Shown piece by piece: positions 11,601-18,537 of a stretch of DNA of 64,000 nucleotides. The notes below the pieces were generated by a model, which saw nothing but the letters and a program-made list of their open reading frames with translations, made no database searches and was not told the origin of the DNA. Both the position numbers and the translations under genes were made by a program. The stretch comes from a virus: positions 9,025 through 73,024 of the IMG/VR virus record IMGVR_UViG_3300045995_000345. One strand, given 5' to 3'. The first letter of the stretch is position 1; each line of letters begins with the position of its first letter.

Positions 11601-13087
11601 ATCCTGGTCCACTCCTGATTGAAGATTGCTTTCGAGTCTGAGTTGAGTTTCAGGATCTCAAGCTCGACGGCGGGGTCGCCGGCAGCCTTGCGCTGCACCA
11701 GTAATGCGATGCCGGCCCTGTCAACATCGTAGATGTCCTTGGCTACGTCGCTCCCAATCGTCCCGGTCTTCAGCGCGTCCGGCGGCGGAGGCGGTTCGTT
11801 CGTCGCCTCCTTCTTGGGCGGGGGCTGCTGCTCTCCACGCTTCTTGCCTGTGAACAGTTCGGTAACGGCGGACGTGGCGCCACCGCCCATGGTCCCGGCG
11901 ATACCAGAGTTGATGATGTCATCCTTCTCCGCCTGATTCAGTGGAGCCCAAAGCTTGCCCTCGTCATGGTCATGCAGGAAAGCTCCGTAACGCTGGCCGG
12001 CAACGTCAACAAGCGATTGGAACGCCTCAGTGCTCCCTTCCCATGGCACCGTCTTGGCGACCTCTGGGGCGAGGCGTGTGACGTAGGCGTAAAACGGCTT
12101 CTTCAGAGGTTCAACCGCCGCGTCTGTCAGCTCGCGGCCGGCCCTGCCCATTGCCTTGCCCAACCGTCCGACGATGTAGGTGGGCAGGACTGTATCGGGG
12201 ACCGCCTTTATGCCACCACCCACCAAGGCGATGTTGGCCGCGTCATCCTGGCTGAGTTCGCCCTTGTTCACCTGATCCTGCAACTCCATGAACAACTCGC
12301 CGGAGTTCTGCTGCATGGACGCAGCGGCACCACCCGTGAGGTTGCCGATCATCTGGCCGACCGTTGCCGCCTGGCGAACCGTTGCTGCCCGCAGGAGTTC
12401 CTTGGCCGGAGCGCTGAGTGCGTCCTTCAGGATCGTGCCAGCTGCGTACTTCTCGATCTCACCCTTCAGTTCAGCCGACACCTTCGCCTTCACCAGCGCC
12501 TTGAGGGCTCCACGTTCAAACAACCCAGCCGCCGCGCCCGGAATCCCGCCCACGCCAGCACCAGTCGCCGCACCAATGGCGGCGCCCGCACCCGCCGCAA
12601 CCACGGACTCACCAATCGACGGCACCAAGTTGCCAAACTGGTTGGCCGCATAGAGCATCGCCGTGCGCGGCCCGCTCACGTCACGCCAGTTGGCCACTGC
12701 CGGCTGGTAGTAATCCGCCGCCTCTTGCTGTTGCTCCGCTGCCTTGCCGATCAGGGTCTTGGCGATGTTAGTCGCGCCTAACTTCTGCGCCACCATGCCG
12801 CCTGCCCCGTAGGCAAGCGCCTGAGTCTGGTCAATGCCCGCACCCAGAGAACCCTTGAACTCCTGCCACGTTGACGTGTTGGCAATGCGGTCCTCCTTCT
12901 GGATTCGGTCCCAGTCAGCGGCGAAGTCCGGGTACTCCTTGAACACGTCCCTGCCTTGGGCGGAATACTCGGGGGCCTGAGCGGCGTAGAGCCGTGTGAT
13001 GTCGTCATCCTTGAGGGCCGACATGTCCTCCGGATTCCAACCCAAAGGGTTGTTCTTCCGAACGAAGTCAACGAGTTGGTTGGGCAT
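2687..13087 (-). CDS. giant (3466 aa) ejection/internal virion or polyvalent protein with a zincin-like HExxH motif
   Basis: Last of three Ala/Gln/Gly-rich helical proteins after the GNAT, in the podovirus ejection-protein position; VVHEALH at 8096-8110 followed by DEFAVAVLSDPEF. Confidence 0.75.
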   Translation of the reverse strand: MPNQLVDFVRKNNPLGWNPEDMSALKDDDITRLYAAQAPEYSAQGRDVFKEYPDFAADWDRIQKEDRIANTSTWQEFKGSLGAGIDQTQALAYGAGGMVAQKLGATNIAKTLIGKAAEQQQEAADYYQPAVANWRDVSGPRTAMLYAANQFGNLVPSIGESVVAAGAGAAIGAATGAGVGGIPGAAAGLFERGALKALVKAKVSAELKGEIEKYAAGTILKDALSAPAKELLRAATVRQAATVGQMIGNLTGGAAASMQQNSGELFMELQDQVNKGELSQDDAANIALVGGGIKAVPDTVLPTYIVGRLGKAMGRAGRELTDAAVEPLKKPFYAYVTRLAPEVAKTVPWEGSTEAFQSLVDVAGQRYGAFLHDHDEGKLWAPLNQAEKDDIINSGIAGTMGGGATSAVTELFTGKKRGEQQPPPKKEATNEPPPPPDALKTGTIGSDVAKDIYDVDRAGIALLVQRKAAGDPAVELEILKLNSDSKAIFNQEWTRILQARSDELGKSLSNEKGGETPNGEEANAQGQGTQELQVAPPVTETSTPAPASVPSETGAGGVSATAEAERPAVSKVPLYQFAKDLVQSVPEDQRSPEVRDVAELLNKDTLTRADLQQMAAKLGLRYDPKTEASIPDVVKQRNVNQQLTWAESRKLGVPLTPRILEAKDDTGKVLFRSVVTPQKDGGNKLELFVKAGATFVPVDTQMIPAGTPVEAHLMVYAEAMRDPTVTRNAEVAQSPSPVVPAAPAALATKEAPPPSEAQQASPPETPKAAVAALKTYFKTQAPRPADMAARIQRLSQSRQPRPAEMAAKIQARSQSAPTKESNAPIPQHLATEVRILNAPTVGQAVGQGNTVVQQAPVQGEVKGQAPVVGKEVRKVEEALKPEALGFAANVVAKVDALGENYDGKKNLEYLKTDLAAQQAELKQVESLIAELKKADKDAEALVDRHADLILSISKLERAIANFKAEEQSIVQAIGPAAVEFEYGSLDAAKPSEDPSQRGHGDSLVDDSGSTAVENAFGRVEDPTSGDEPGMTPDESSDAQATLDSEEAARKIAKLPGYYDTKDDTGGGHDLSEAHKLYNEAKTQGEKEYAAKLIGTLLTAQSQVGTAKRSEKGKQVAVGKQSSSLSRRVAGWITPAGRVILSLAYNRNRAITYTLEEAAAGFGITKKEAAKALKSSPKTVTLTELGKALKKTKGDVNAVSKKLRANKVIANLQFRFAIGDGAKDTVGVIDLLEAGFVPYSSMLLRSPRNQLARAIRSVADYEGEFGGLKQARDDAYGYSTDNVRTASGDIVNARNFTPEQALNRKEQLRFADWVKNNMPMVAQIVAFQKDHVVTSPELIQQFAKELQASVAASYDSIEDRAMIQRMLDETLPTIITNWNGVRKALSNENTNAGSSSAIAEGATGNSQRDNAADGGIVAGVGQGTPPAAAQPAQAPSETGTSARLEPSPTSVATLDAMSEKMRALVPLKAEAVGVILSLHEDGGLSDGQRDQILDMITKARTPHGIETALDVAQEAVTPSRERQLDPDAMDAVDLDAQTITAPELLPDSVENVIFNLKRLAKSKLPATQHGLLSEMNIAALKKDYPTLAAALEKVAEAGGELAALAKFLAGRADVTEAKLTISPETQVGTPLGGSYSVANNEATVFPANARNVEDFHVSVVHEALHPFISRLLLRARNNPASLTVGEQEFVQKLHTLVEAAKAAGLTWQQSAEGLVGSDEFAVAVLSDPEFRDKLTKIALPPNFGDPTSLSLWDAFKRLVANLLKAVGLTSDKNVADEAYKLVTTLLQNYDEAAAARDKAWRVLRPNTGPMNADEMRYRQIKGLAGERTEISPTREYENEAKRMMAVTNEVAAARSKYFDALVKSGNNVTTTGKPVATEAEWIQNSFASLIQGGEDPAEDIKAAINSALTKDGTTGKPVSTSLTFADLEQTNEAPKAQMAALEIHYKDRTRWQARKALSDHEFGEGKLTERISESNLELYELTQNYQNLDVVTGQFLKSMKDALREATGTGAQSILEALGIKTGFKEALRIAAGAIEGNKIAFGDQLQALAELGIDYSTVGNVSLTSAGKVSLTPGDVQAAAAASANPNARNIAADPARLALALQFARRRPIAMDLLAVRTAYDDKGVQKTAINQMIKLAVSNKPDARALAVGQLSRVGTLFVHADRILKRLDTIKAENEKLLKQAAQLSQWDVEWHIISKIQAEEIRKLERMRDLEEGTFGEQSRQFKWVNNAVYLVPESNLTTEDDLFTKPEFRQTVQHGDNYSDANIQQNLTKIVSWMAEHPGSQGSGRFAFLERVVREAAGRQANSANENIQRGLGGWILRSMGDIGTRFRQHGTQTARAIEQQIVTHNNREQSLRNSINERLYYKVDELARAAMIATGIDNPVEFHANFYHNILGLFQSEQHLYDPRLTPEQQLDQFMATGKRFVQALPGMERKGAWEAVDKYIRANFAAAMDLQNVRRGIKLKIRDVMVGGRVIFRDVIGGVMSTMSRYTAGPAVALAMRMKGSEKLFWNTPWMGAETDDAGNPTPVEHVGLTKSAVALLHSKDRAALQAVLDARFTAPVNTTFVAELISKPGQTNFKGPEVGGVVDMAPHAQLRGAYQAATAGRADGTFDALKFAETLHADLGGSPDTLSDFVGQTMATFQHYMDELYKVAKVDEGDQGNDLRTIGRAFLDARKGEDFPPGWLNFRTYGHKDYANYIRVLAEQDAYGAGATDLKANLAKLQTELTLLADDFKAAEAIKTSNPALSKDYMENGLNGDRPGLRKMRENAVYNLEYAQKNEDVLFSLIRTHSGGGQSYQTLMDMVGVMSGFVLQGVTSAVSDHISLPDHAFRKFGFSKEAVSVLFGGYYKNYAFELMHSMWQAMSWEMRMNAENAKNTRLLNSGGAADLDSLTERRGWRSMLDRYRQQLGAEASLWAVAWRSTASPLRVPGEVVRAVTKRVNAAARVFLSTGVGKPKNVETAAATLKWWAPFSMNNIIMQRAAARTWLEFTNDGINKAALYFQYHPADAADPNFKFSAKTANFSRKNLSGLMLDDRAFKYFYTTLEKNGIQLEDAARKRLSGAEPLTFDQIRSVIALANTEVLLNTGITTRAPWTLNNTFGRIVSPLTGWALIKTADVVKSSREPEGRASLRAAASAATAFTLAIVPVTIAYAVMRKEYEKDIVGKAPNQLPFKLDENLPLALLDSFSRLGTFGIISEPVNSIFNVSTAREFSVDSRVFVASTIMNLGAVLTKLARQGPSNSTYASTWRQFIQAAGGTGYLQNFDAINNMLDLDNTERRIVERINVGNLIRVAGREQGLDLRIFRGSAAGMINAIPNPVKPWVGNMVLAAYVNDPAAFREAYSKALEVASLKAVTDPEVDPYADVAEAYERMNPLRSTFNKSPSAGEYQKMLASLGDSATEVSAAIRNFNAYGAQVRKSRANTGGLTPFFGTERRAVNIYGSSSMSGGGGGARDYRSIAAGFGR

Positions 13088-13090
13088 GGC

Positions 13091-14803
13091 TTACTCGTAG
13101 GGACTCGGCTGCTGCGCCCGAAGAATGCTGAGAAGATCCGACACGTTCTGAATCGGAGCTTGATACTGTGCAGGAAGGGAAGTCTGGCCTGGATAGAGTT
13201 GCCTTAAAAGATCCGCTGCCTTCAAGATGTCGCCTTGCTGAGTGGCCTCTTGCGCACGCTGCTGGATGATCTCTTGGAAGGTGGCGGGGATCATACGCGA
13301 GGGCTCCGAGAAAGATGCGCCTGCTCCATGGAACATGGGAACGACTTGACGGACCATGCCTTGAGGATTCACAATCCCCACCGGAGCCGCTGCTGCTTGA
13401 AGATTGGAGATGGCCCGCGCCGTTGCGCCCGGCATGATGTCGGCCGGAGGAAGGCTGGCGTAATTTGGCATCACCTGCTGGACGGCTGGCATGGCTGCCT
13501 GGGGAATTCCGGCTGTGCCCATCAGACTCAACTCTTGCGGAGAGAGTGGCGGAGCGTTTATGCCACCGGGAGGTGGGGGTTGAGTTCCGTCTGGAGGAAG
13601 GGTCAGAATTCCATTGCCACCAGCGCCACCTGATTGCCGGCCACCGAATCCGGTAGCAGGATTCCGAACCCTTCCGGCCCCCCAAATGGGCGTCGTGCCA
13701 TTCCGTTCGTTGAGAGCCTGATTCACCAGCTTGTCTTCAGAAGTCATGCGCTTAAGAGCCAGCCCAACTTGCATTCCATACTTTTCATCCAGTGAGTTCA
13801 GAAAGTTGATTCGATCCGTAGTATCGTTCTGCTGACCGCGTGCGACGTTGGTCAAATCTCTGAGGTAGGCGTTGGCATCCGTTCTCTGATTTATCGCCTG
13901 ATCCATGGCCCCAGCCTTAGCGAGCATGTCGCTCTGCTCGAAGATGATCTGTTGGAGTCTGGCCTTGGTGGCTGGATCCAGCTTGTCAACGGCAGCGATC
14001 ACAGAACCGGGCATACCAGAAGTCAACCCCGTCCGAACGATGGACTGCTGGTTGGGCTTGAGTGTAAGCAGCTCGGCTTGGAACTTTTCGTTGTTCAAGA
14101 GCAACTGACCGAGCGCTTTCTGGGTAACGGGAGTCATCCCCGGATGAGCTTGGGCGTCTGGAATAACTGCCCTCGCACGAGGCAAATTCCGGTCAAGCAG
14201 AAAGTTACCGTAGTCAGATTGCGCATTCTCCCAGATCGTCTTCCCATTCTCCGCCTTCACGGGATTATTCACAACCTCGTTGATCAAGTCCATGTCGTGC
14301 TGGGTACGGAGCGCGGCCTCTTGCTTTGACTCCGAGATGGCGATTTGCTTGGCCAGTTCAGCATGAGAAACCGGTACCCCATCAGGCCACATCGTTGTCA
14401 CGCCCATCATCTCCGCTTTGTTCTGGAGCTTTCCGACCTCAAGCGCGAGGTTGTCCTTGATCGCTCCGGCCAGCTTGAGGCCGGACATTGCAGCCGCCTT
14501 CTGGGGAGTTGTCAGGTTTGGGTCTGTCCCTCCAGCGGCAGCGTAATCACGATCGATCTGTTTTGAGTACGTCTCCTCCGCGTCCGCCTTGGTCTCAGTC
14601 CTGAGTTGCTGGTGCTGCCCCTCCTGATAGCGCCGGGCGTCCTCCGTCACCTTCTGGTTGTAATTGCGCTGGGACTCAACGATGGCGTTCTGGTAGGCGC
14701 GCGTGATGGCCTGGTCGTTGAGCGCAATCCGGCCACGCTGAAGCGTTTCAAGCGGCTGCGTCGCCGCCTGCATTCCAGTCCGAAGAACTTCGTAAGGGTC
14801 CAT
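13091..14803 (-). CDS. putative DNA ejection protein
   Basis: 570 aa, Q/A-rich coiled coil; synteny. Confidence 0.6.
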   Translation of the reverse strand: MDPYEVLRTGMQAATQPLETLQRGRIALNDQAITRAYQNAIVESQRNYNQKVTEDARRYQEGQHQQLRTETKADAEETYSKQIDRDYAAAGGTDPNLTTPQKAAAMSGLKLAGAIKDNLALEVGKLQNKAEMMGVTTMWPDGVPVSHAELAKQIAISESKQEAALRTQHDMDLINEVVNNPVKAENGKTIWENAQSDYGNFLLDRNLPRARAVIPDAQAHPGMTPVTQKALGQLLLNNEKFQAELLTLKPNQQSIVRTGLTSGMPGSVIAAVDKLDPATKARLQQIIFEQSDMLAKAGAMDQAINQRTDANAYLRDLTNVARGQQNDTTDRINFLNSLDEKYGMQVGLALKRMTSEDKLVNQALNERNGTTPIWGAGRVRNPATGFGGRQSGGAGGNGILTLPPDGTQPPPPGGINAPPLSPQELSLMGTAGIPQAAMPAVQQVMPNYASLPPADIMPGATARAISNLQAAAAPVGIVNPQGMVRQVVPMFHGAGASFSEPSRMIPATFQEIIQQRAQEATQQGDILKAADLLRQLYPGQTSLPAQYQAPIQNVSDLLSILRAQQPSPYE

Positions 14804-14817
14804 AGAAACTCACTTTC

Positions 14818-15825
14818 TTAGCCTGCGCCAGTGCCGGGATCCAGCATGTAGTTGGTGCTCGGTTGCTGGTATTGGTAACCCGTGTTCTGGTTGGCGAGGA
14901 TCATCCTGAGCTGTTCCATCTGCTGCTGCTGAAGCTGCTGGTTGGCGTAGTAATTGCCGATGGCGCCAGCGCCCTGAGCTGCCCCAGACAACACCATCTG
15001 TCCGGCCGACGGGACCGCGCTGTATTGCGGGGTGTTCGGCTGCGGCGGGTTACCCGGGTTCAGCTTGAAGAAGTTCAAGGGCTGCATCGCCAACTGCTGC
15101 CGCTGCACTAGCGCCTGGGCTGGAGCCTGCGAGAGCTGGATCAACTGGTTGGCCCGGTTGATGGGCGTGTCCAGCGATCGGAGTTGCAGGTCAACCATGC
15201 CTTCCTGCACGGTCCTGGTGTCCCCAGCGTTCTGCAAGGTGGCGTTCGCGCGTGCGCCAGCGGCTGCCTGCCTGCCTGCGATGGTGGCGCCCAAGAGCTG
15301 GTTCTGCGTGTAACCACTCTGACCCACGAAGCCGCGCCGGTTGTTCTCGGTGTTGATGCGATTCAATTCCTGCTGCAAGCCGAGTTCGAGGGCTGACCCC
15401 TGAACGTCTCCGGCTGCCGTCCTTGCCGCAAGCACGGGTTGGAGAGAAGCCATGCGTTGGGCCTCAAGGTCGCCAGAGTAGATACCGCTGATCAAACGAT
15501 TCCCGGCGTCGATGGTGGGTTGCTGCTGGTCGATGATGTTCTGATATTCCTGCATCGTCATCGTCACTGGTTGCCCGGTGATGGAATCGAAGACTTGAAT
15601 GGCGCTGTCCGCCAGCCGGCGCTCGGTCCCGGTCGGCATGTACATGGGCAGGATGGCGCTGCCATTGCTCCCGCGAGATTCCTGGAACTGCTGGTAGGCC
15701 AGCGCGTTCGTGTCCCGAACGGACTGGGCCTGCTGCTGGGACGCCTTCTTCTGGGCGTTCGCGGCCATGACTCCTGAACCGATGGCGGCACCAGCCGCGA
15801 TTACCGCACCTGTGATGGCTGCCAT
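14818..15825 (-). CDS. putative DNA ejection/pilot protein (P22 gp7-like)
   Basis: N-terminal hydrophobic Gly/Ala helix (MAAITGAVIAAGAAIGSG), Q-rich, directly after the GNAT. Confidence 0.65.
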   Translation of the reverse strand: MAAITGAVIAAGAAIGSGVMAANAQKKASQQQAQSVRDTNALAYQQFQESRGSNGSAILPMYMPTGTERRLADSAIQVFDSITGQPVTMTMQEYQNIIDQQQPTIDAGNRLISGIYSGDLEAQRMASLQPVLAARTAAGDVQGSALELGLQQELNRINTENNRRGFVGQSGYTQNQLLGATIAGRQAAAGARANATLQNAGDTRTVQEGMVDLQLRSLDTPINRANQLIQLSQAPAQALVQRQQLAMQPLNFFKLNPGNPPQPNTPQYSAVPSAGQMVLSGAAQGAGAIGNYYANQQLQQQQMEQLRMILANQNTGYQYQQPSTNYMLDPGTGAG

Positions 15826-15828
15826 AAA

Positions 15829-16287
15829 TCAAATCACTTTCTCGTAAAGTCTCTCTTTAAGGGAGTAGCCTGATCGTTCGTACCACTTCGCCATACGTTC
15901 CGCAACATCGTTCTCAAGGTGGACCATCCAGATCCGCTTGGCGCCATGCACTTTCGCCTCATCTTCGTAGGCTTTCAACAGGAGGTGGGCCTTGCCCCTC
16001 GCCTCCGGGTGAGCGTAGAAGAATGTCTCGCACGCAATGACGTCTCCCGTGTGATCGCACTTGGCAACCACGGCCCCGAACGCTGCGATGATCTTGGAAA
16101 GCGAGTTTCCAGGATCTTCGTCCAGCACTAGGATGAACCGGATGCCTCCAGCAATCCCGGCGGTCATGGCTTCAATGAAATGCCCGGGATTCCAGACGCC
16201 CTTCTGCTTCGATTCCTTGAAGAACAATTCCCCCAGCTCCAGGAGTCTGGGAACTTCGTGAAGGTGCAGGAGTCTTGGTGTCATCAT
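15829..16287 (-). CDS. GNAT-family acetyltransferase
   Basis: FFYAHPEARG motif A and ..KWYERSGY motif B; typical position before ejection proteins. Confidence 0.8.
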   Translation of the reverse strand: MMTPRLLHLHEVPRLLELGELFFKESKQKGVWNPGHFIEAMTAGIAGGIRFILVLDEDPGNSLSKIIAAFGAVVAKCDHTGDVIACETFFYAHPEARGKAHLLLKAYEDEAKVHGAKRIWMVHLENDVAERMAKWYERSGYSLKERLYEKVI

Positions 16288-17249
16288 ACGCAGGTTGCCC
16301 GGACGTAGAGCAGGGCGGAGATGGTTGCGTCCCCGCTGGTCACCGTGGTAACCGCCCTCACTTCAAGTGGGTTGTCCGCGTTGTGGCCGGCCTCCACGAT
16401 GCCTTGGTGGATCCACCTGCCCATGCGCTGCGTGTTGTTGGCTACCGGGATAACGTGACCCGTTGTGCTGAAGCCGTCACCTGGATCGCTGCCTGGGCCA
16501 GTCGTTGGAGTTCCCGGAGTGCCGCTGTGGTAGGTCAAGTCTACCTTGATTGACCCGCCGGCTGCCGTGCCGAGGTCCGCATCAACACCGATCTCGATCT
16601 CCTTCCACGTCGTCTTGCCCGCCGGGAGAGCCAGGCTGAGAGTCGTTGTCCCGGCTGTAACGATGGTGTCCGATGCGTAAACCGACGTCGGATACTGGTT
16701 CGCGATGGCCGTGGAGTGGTCCGGGTTGAGCAGTTGGAAGTTCGTCCCGTCGTACACCAACGCAAGGATGGAGTTCGCCTTGATCATCCCAGCCGTGAGC
16801 GCGATACCGAACGCGAGCACCGGAGTTGCCGCCAATCCATTCACCGCGAGCGTGGTGGCACCCGTGTTCTCAGCGGGCACCTTCACCTGGGCGATAATCC
16901 CAGTCAGGGCTGCAAGGTCGGGGATGTAATTCTCGTCTGCGAACGTGACGGAGAAAGCGTCCCCCGTGTTCGTGGCCTCAGCGTAGAGCTTCCGGTTTCC
17001 AACGCGCCGCCACTTGCTGGCTGCCGAGTCCCAGAACATCAAGCCGCGCATGTCGGTTGGCACCCAGAGGATTCCTTGGCGATCGCCGACGGCGGGCTCG
17101 TCTCCGAAGACGAAGTGGGCGCCCGTGAGTACAGTGGCAATCGCGAGGATCGCCGCCTTCAAGTTCTGAAAGTTGGTGTCCGTTTCCTGCTTGGTCAGGG
17201 CGCTTCCCTTGATCAGCCGCAGAACCAGATCGATGTCAGATGGGATCAT
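16284..17249 (-). CDS. tail fibre/receptor-binding protein, paralog 2
   Basis: N-terminal ~175 aa similar to the neighbouring gene; NTGATTLAVNGL..LVYDGTNFQLLN fibre motif. Confidence 0.7.
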   Translation of the reverse strand: MIPSDIDLVLRLIKGSALTKQETDTNFQNLKAAILAIATVLTGAHFVFGDEPAVGDRQGILWVPTDMRGLMFWDSAASKWRRVGNRKLYAEATNTGDAFSVTFADENYIPDLAALTGIIAQVKVPAENTGATTLAVNGLAATPVLAFGIALTAGMIKANSILALVYDGTNFQLLNPDHSTAIANQYPTSVYASDTIVTAGTTTLSLALPAGKTTWKEIEIGVDADLGTAAGGSIKVDLTYHSGTPGTPTTGPGSDPGDGFSTTGHVIPVANNTQRMGRWIHQGIVEAGHNADNPLEVRAVTTVTSGDATISALLYVRATCV

Positions 17250-17253
17250 GGGA

Positions 17254-18384
17254 TTAGTATTCGATGGTTACTTGGCCGTTGGCACCCGCTCCACCTGTGG
17301 CTCCAGACGTTGGGTTGAACGCCCCCTGCCCACCTTCTCCGGGATGAACGCCAGCAGCGCCGGCCGCTTCGGTGTATCGGAAGGAACCAGATCCCCGGCG
17401 TCCGGACTTCGCATTGATGGCAAGAATGCCAGCTCCGGAAGACGACGCTGTCCCGCCGGCACCTTGATCTCCGTAACCCGCAGACCCAACCTTACCACCC
17501 GCCCCGGCGCCGGCCGTCAGAACCCAGCTTGAAGAGAAATAGTTGGCGACGGTGTTGGACCCAACGGCACCGTCCGAGGCTCCGACACCACCCGCACCAC
17601 CCGCACCAGTGGTGAACACGATCTCCTGTCCGGGAGCAACTGTGCAATCAGCGGTAAGGCTGGCGCCATCGCCGCCGTCCCCAGCGACTACGTTCTGGCC
17701 GAGCTGGCTGCCTCCGCCTCCTCCGCCACCACCCACCAGCGTCACTCGAATCTTGGTAATCCCAGCCGGCACAGTCCACGGGCTTGACGGATCCACCACC
17801 ATGGTTGGAACGGGCGAGGGAACTACAGGCACAACGTAATCCTCGAACGCACCCTTGGCGTTCAGCAGGTTGAAGTTTGTCCCGTCGTAAACGAAAGCGC
17901 ACGTCTCGCCCGACTGCATGGCACCGGACTTGAGCGCGGCAGCAAAGGCTGTAATCGGGGTGACCGCGAACGTGTTCAGCTTCAGCGTCGATGCGCCTGA
18001 GTTCGTGGCTGGGATCTTGGCGAAGACCGTGAAGCCAACGATCGAGGCCAGGTCCGGGATCTTGTTCTCCGCCGCCAGGGTCAGCGAGTAGGCATTCCCA
18101 ATGTTCGTCGCGACGGCGTAGAGCTTCCGATTGCTCATCCGAATCCAGCCCGTTCCGTCCCAAGCGTAGATCGCTCGAAAGTCCGAAGGCACCCAGAACG
18201 TGTTCGTCCTGTCAGCAATGGCAGGCTCAGGCCCGAACACAACGCGGCCACCAGCACTCGTGAGCGATGCGGCAATGGCAAGGATGGCGTCCTTGAGAGC
18301 TTGGAAGTCAGCGTCCGTCTCGTCGTGCGTCAGGGGCGATCCCTTGGTCTGCCGCAGCGTCAGTTGAATGTCAGAGGGAATCAT
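17254..18384 (-). CDS. tail fibre protein with a glycine-rich C-terminal domain, paralog 1
   Basis: WTVPAGITKIRVTLVGGGGGGG...GANGQVTIEY Gly-rich domain; N-terminus shared with the downstream gene. Confidence 0.75.
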   Translation of the reverse strand: MIPSDIQLTLRQTKGSPLTHDETDADFQALKDAILAIAASLTSAGGRVVFGPEPAIADRTNTFWVPSDFRAIYAWDGTGWIRMSNRKLYAVATNIGNAYSLTLAAENKIPDLASIVGFTVFAKIPATNSGASTLKLNTFAVTPITAFAAALKSGAMQSGETCAFVYDGTNFNLLNAKGAFEDYVVPVVPSPVPTMVVDPSSPWTVPAGITKIRVTLVGGGGGGGGSQLGQNVVAGDGGDGASLTADCTVAPGQEIVFTTGAGGAGGVGASDGAVGSNTVANYFSSSWVLTAGAGAGGKVGSAGYGDQGAGGTASSSGAGILAINAKSGRRGSGSFRYTEAAGAAGVHPGEGGQGAFNPTSGATGGAGANGQVTIEY

Positions 18385-18535
18385 ATTTTCGCGTGAGAAC
18401 TTCTTGAACCTGCACCCACCACGTATCCAGGGCCGCTTGTTCCTCTGGGGTCAGCGTCGGAAAGCGAGGAACATCCGGCAGCTCATTGAGCAGATCCGGG
18501 GTCGTCTTGCGCGTGCTCTTGGCTTCGATGGGCAT
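18371..18535 (-). CDS. small hypothetical protein (54 aa, below the ORF-track cutoff)
   Basis: MPIEAKSTRKTTPDLLNELPDVPRFPTLTPEEQAALDTWWVQVQEVLTRKYDSL fills the gap between tail genes. Confidence 0.55.
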   Translation of the reverse strand: MPIEAKSTRKTTPDLLNELPDVPRFPTLTPEEQAALDTWWVQVQEVLTRKYDSL

Positions 18536-18537
18536 GG

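Noticed and set aside
2687-13087. Virion RNA polymerase (N4 or crAss type)
   Set aside because: No DxDGD/DFDID or T7-like polymerase motifs were recognised.
16284-18384. Diversity-generating retroelement or shufflon at the tail fibres
   Set aside because: No reverse transcriptase, no adenine-specific TR/VR pair and no invertase were seen.
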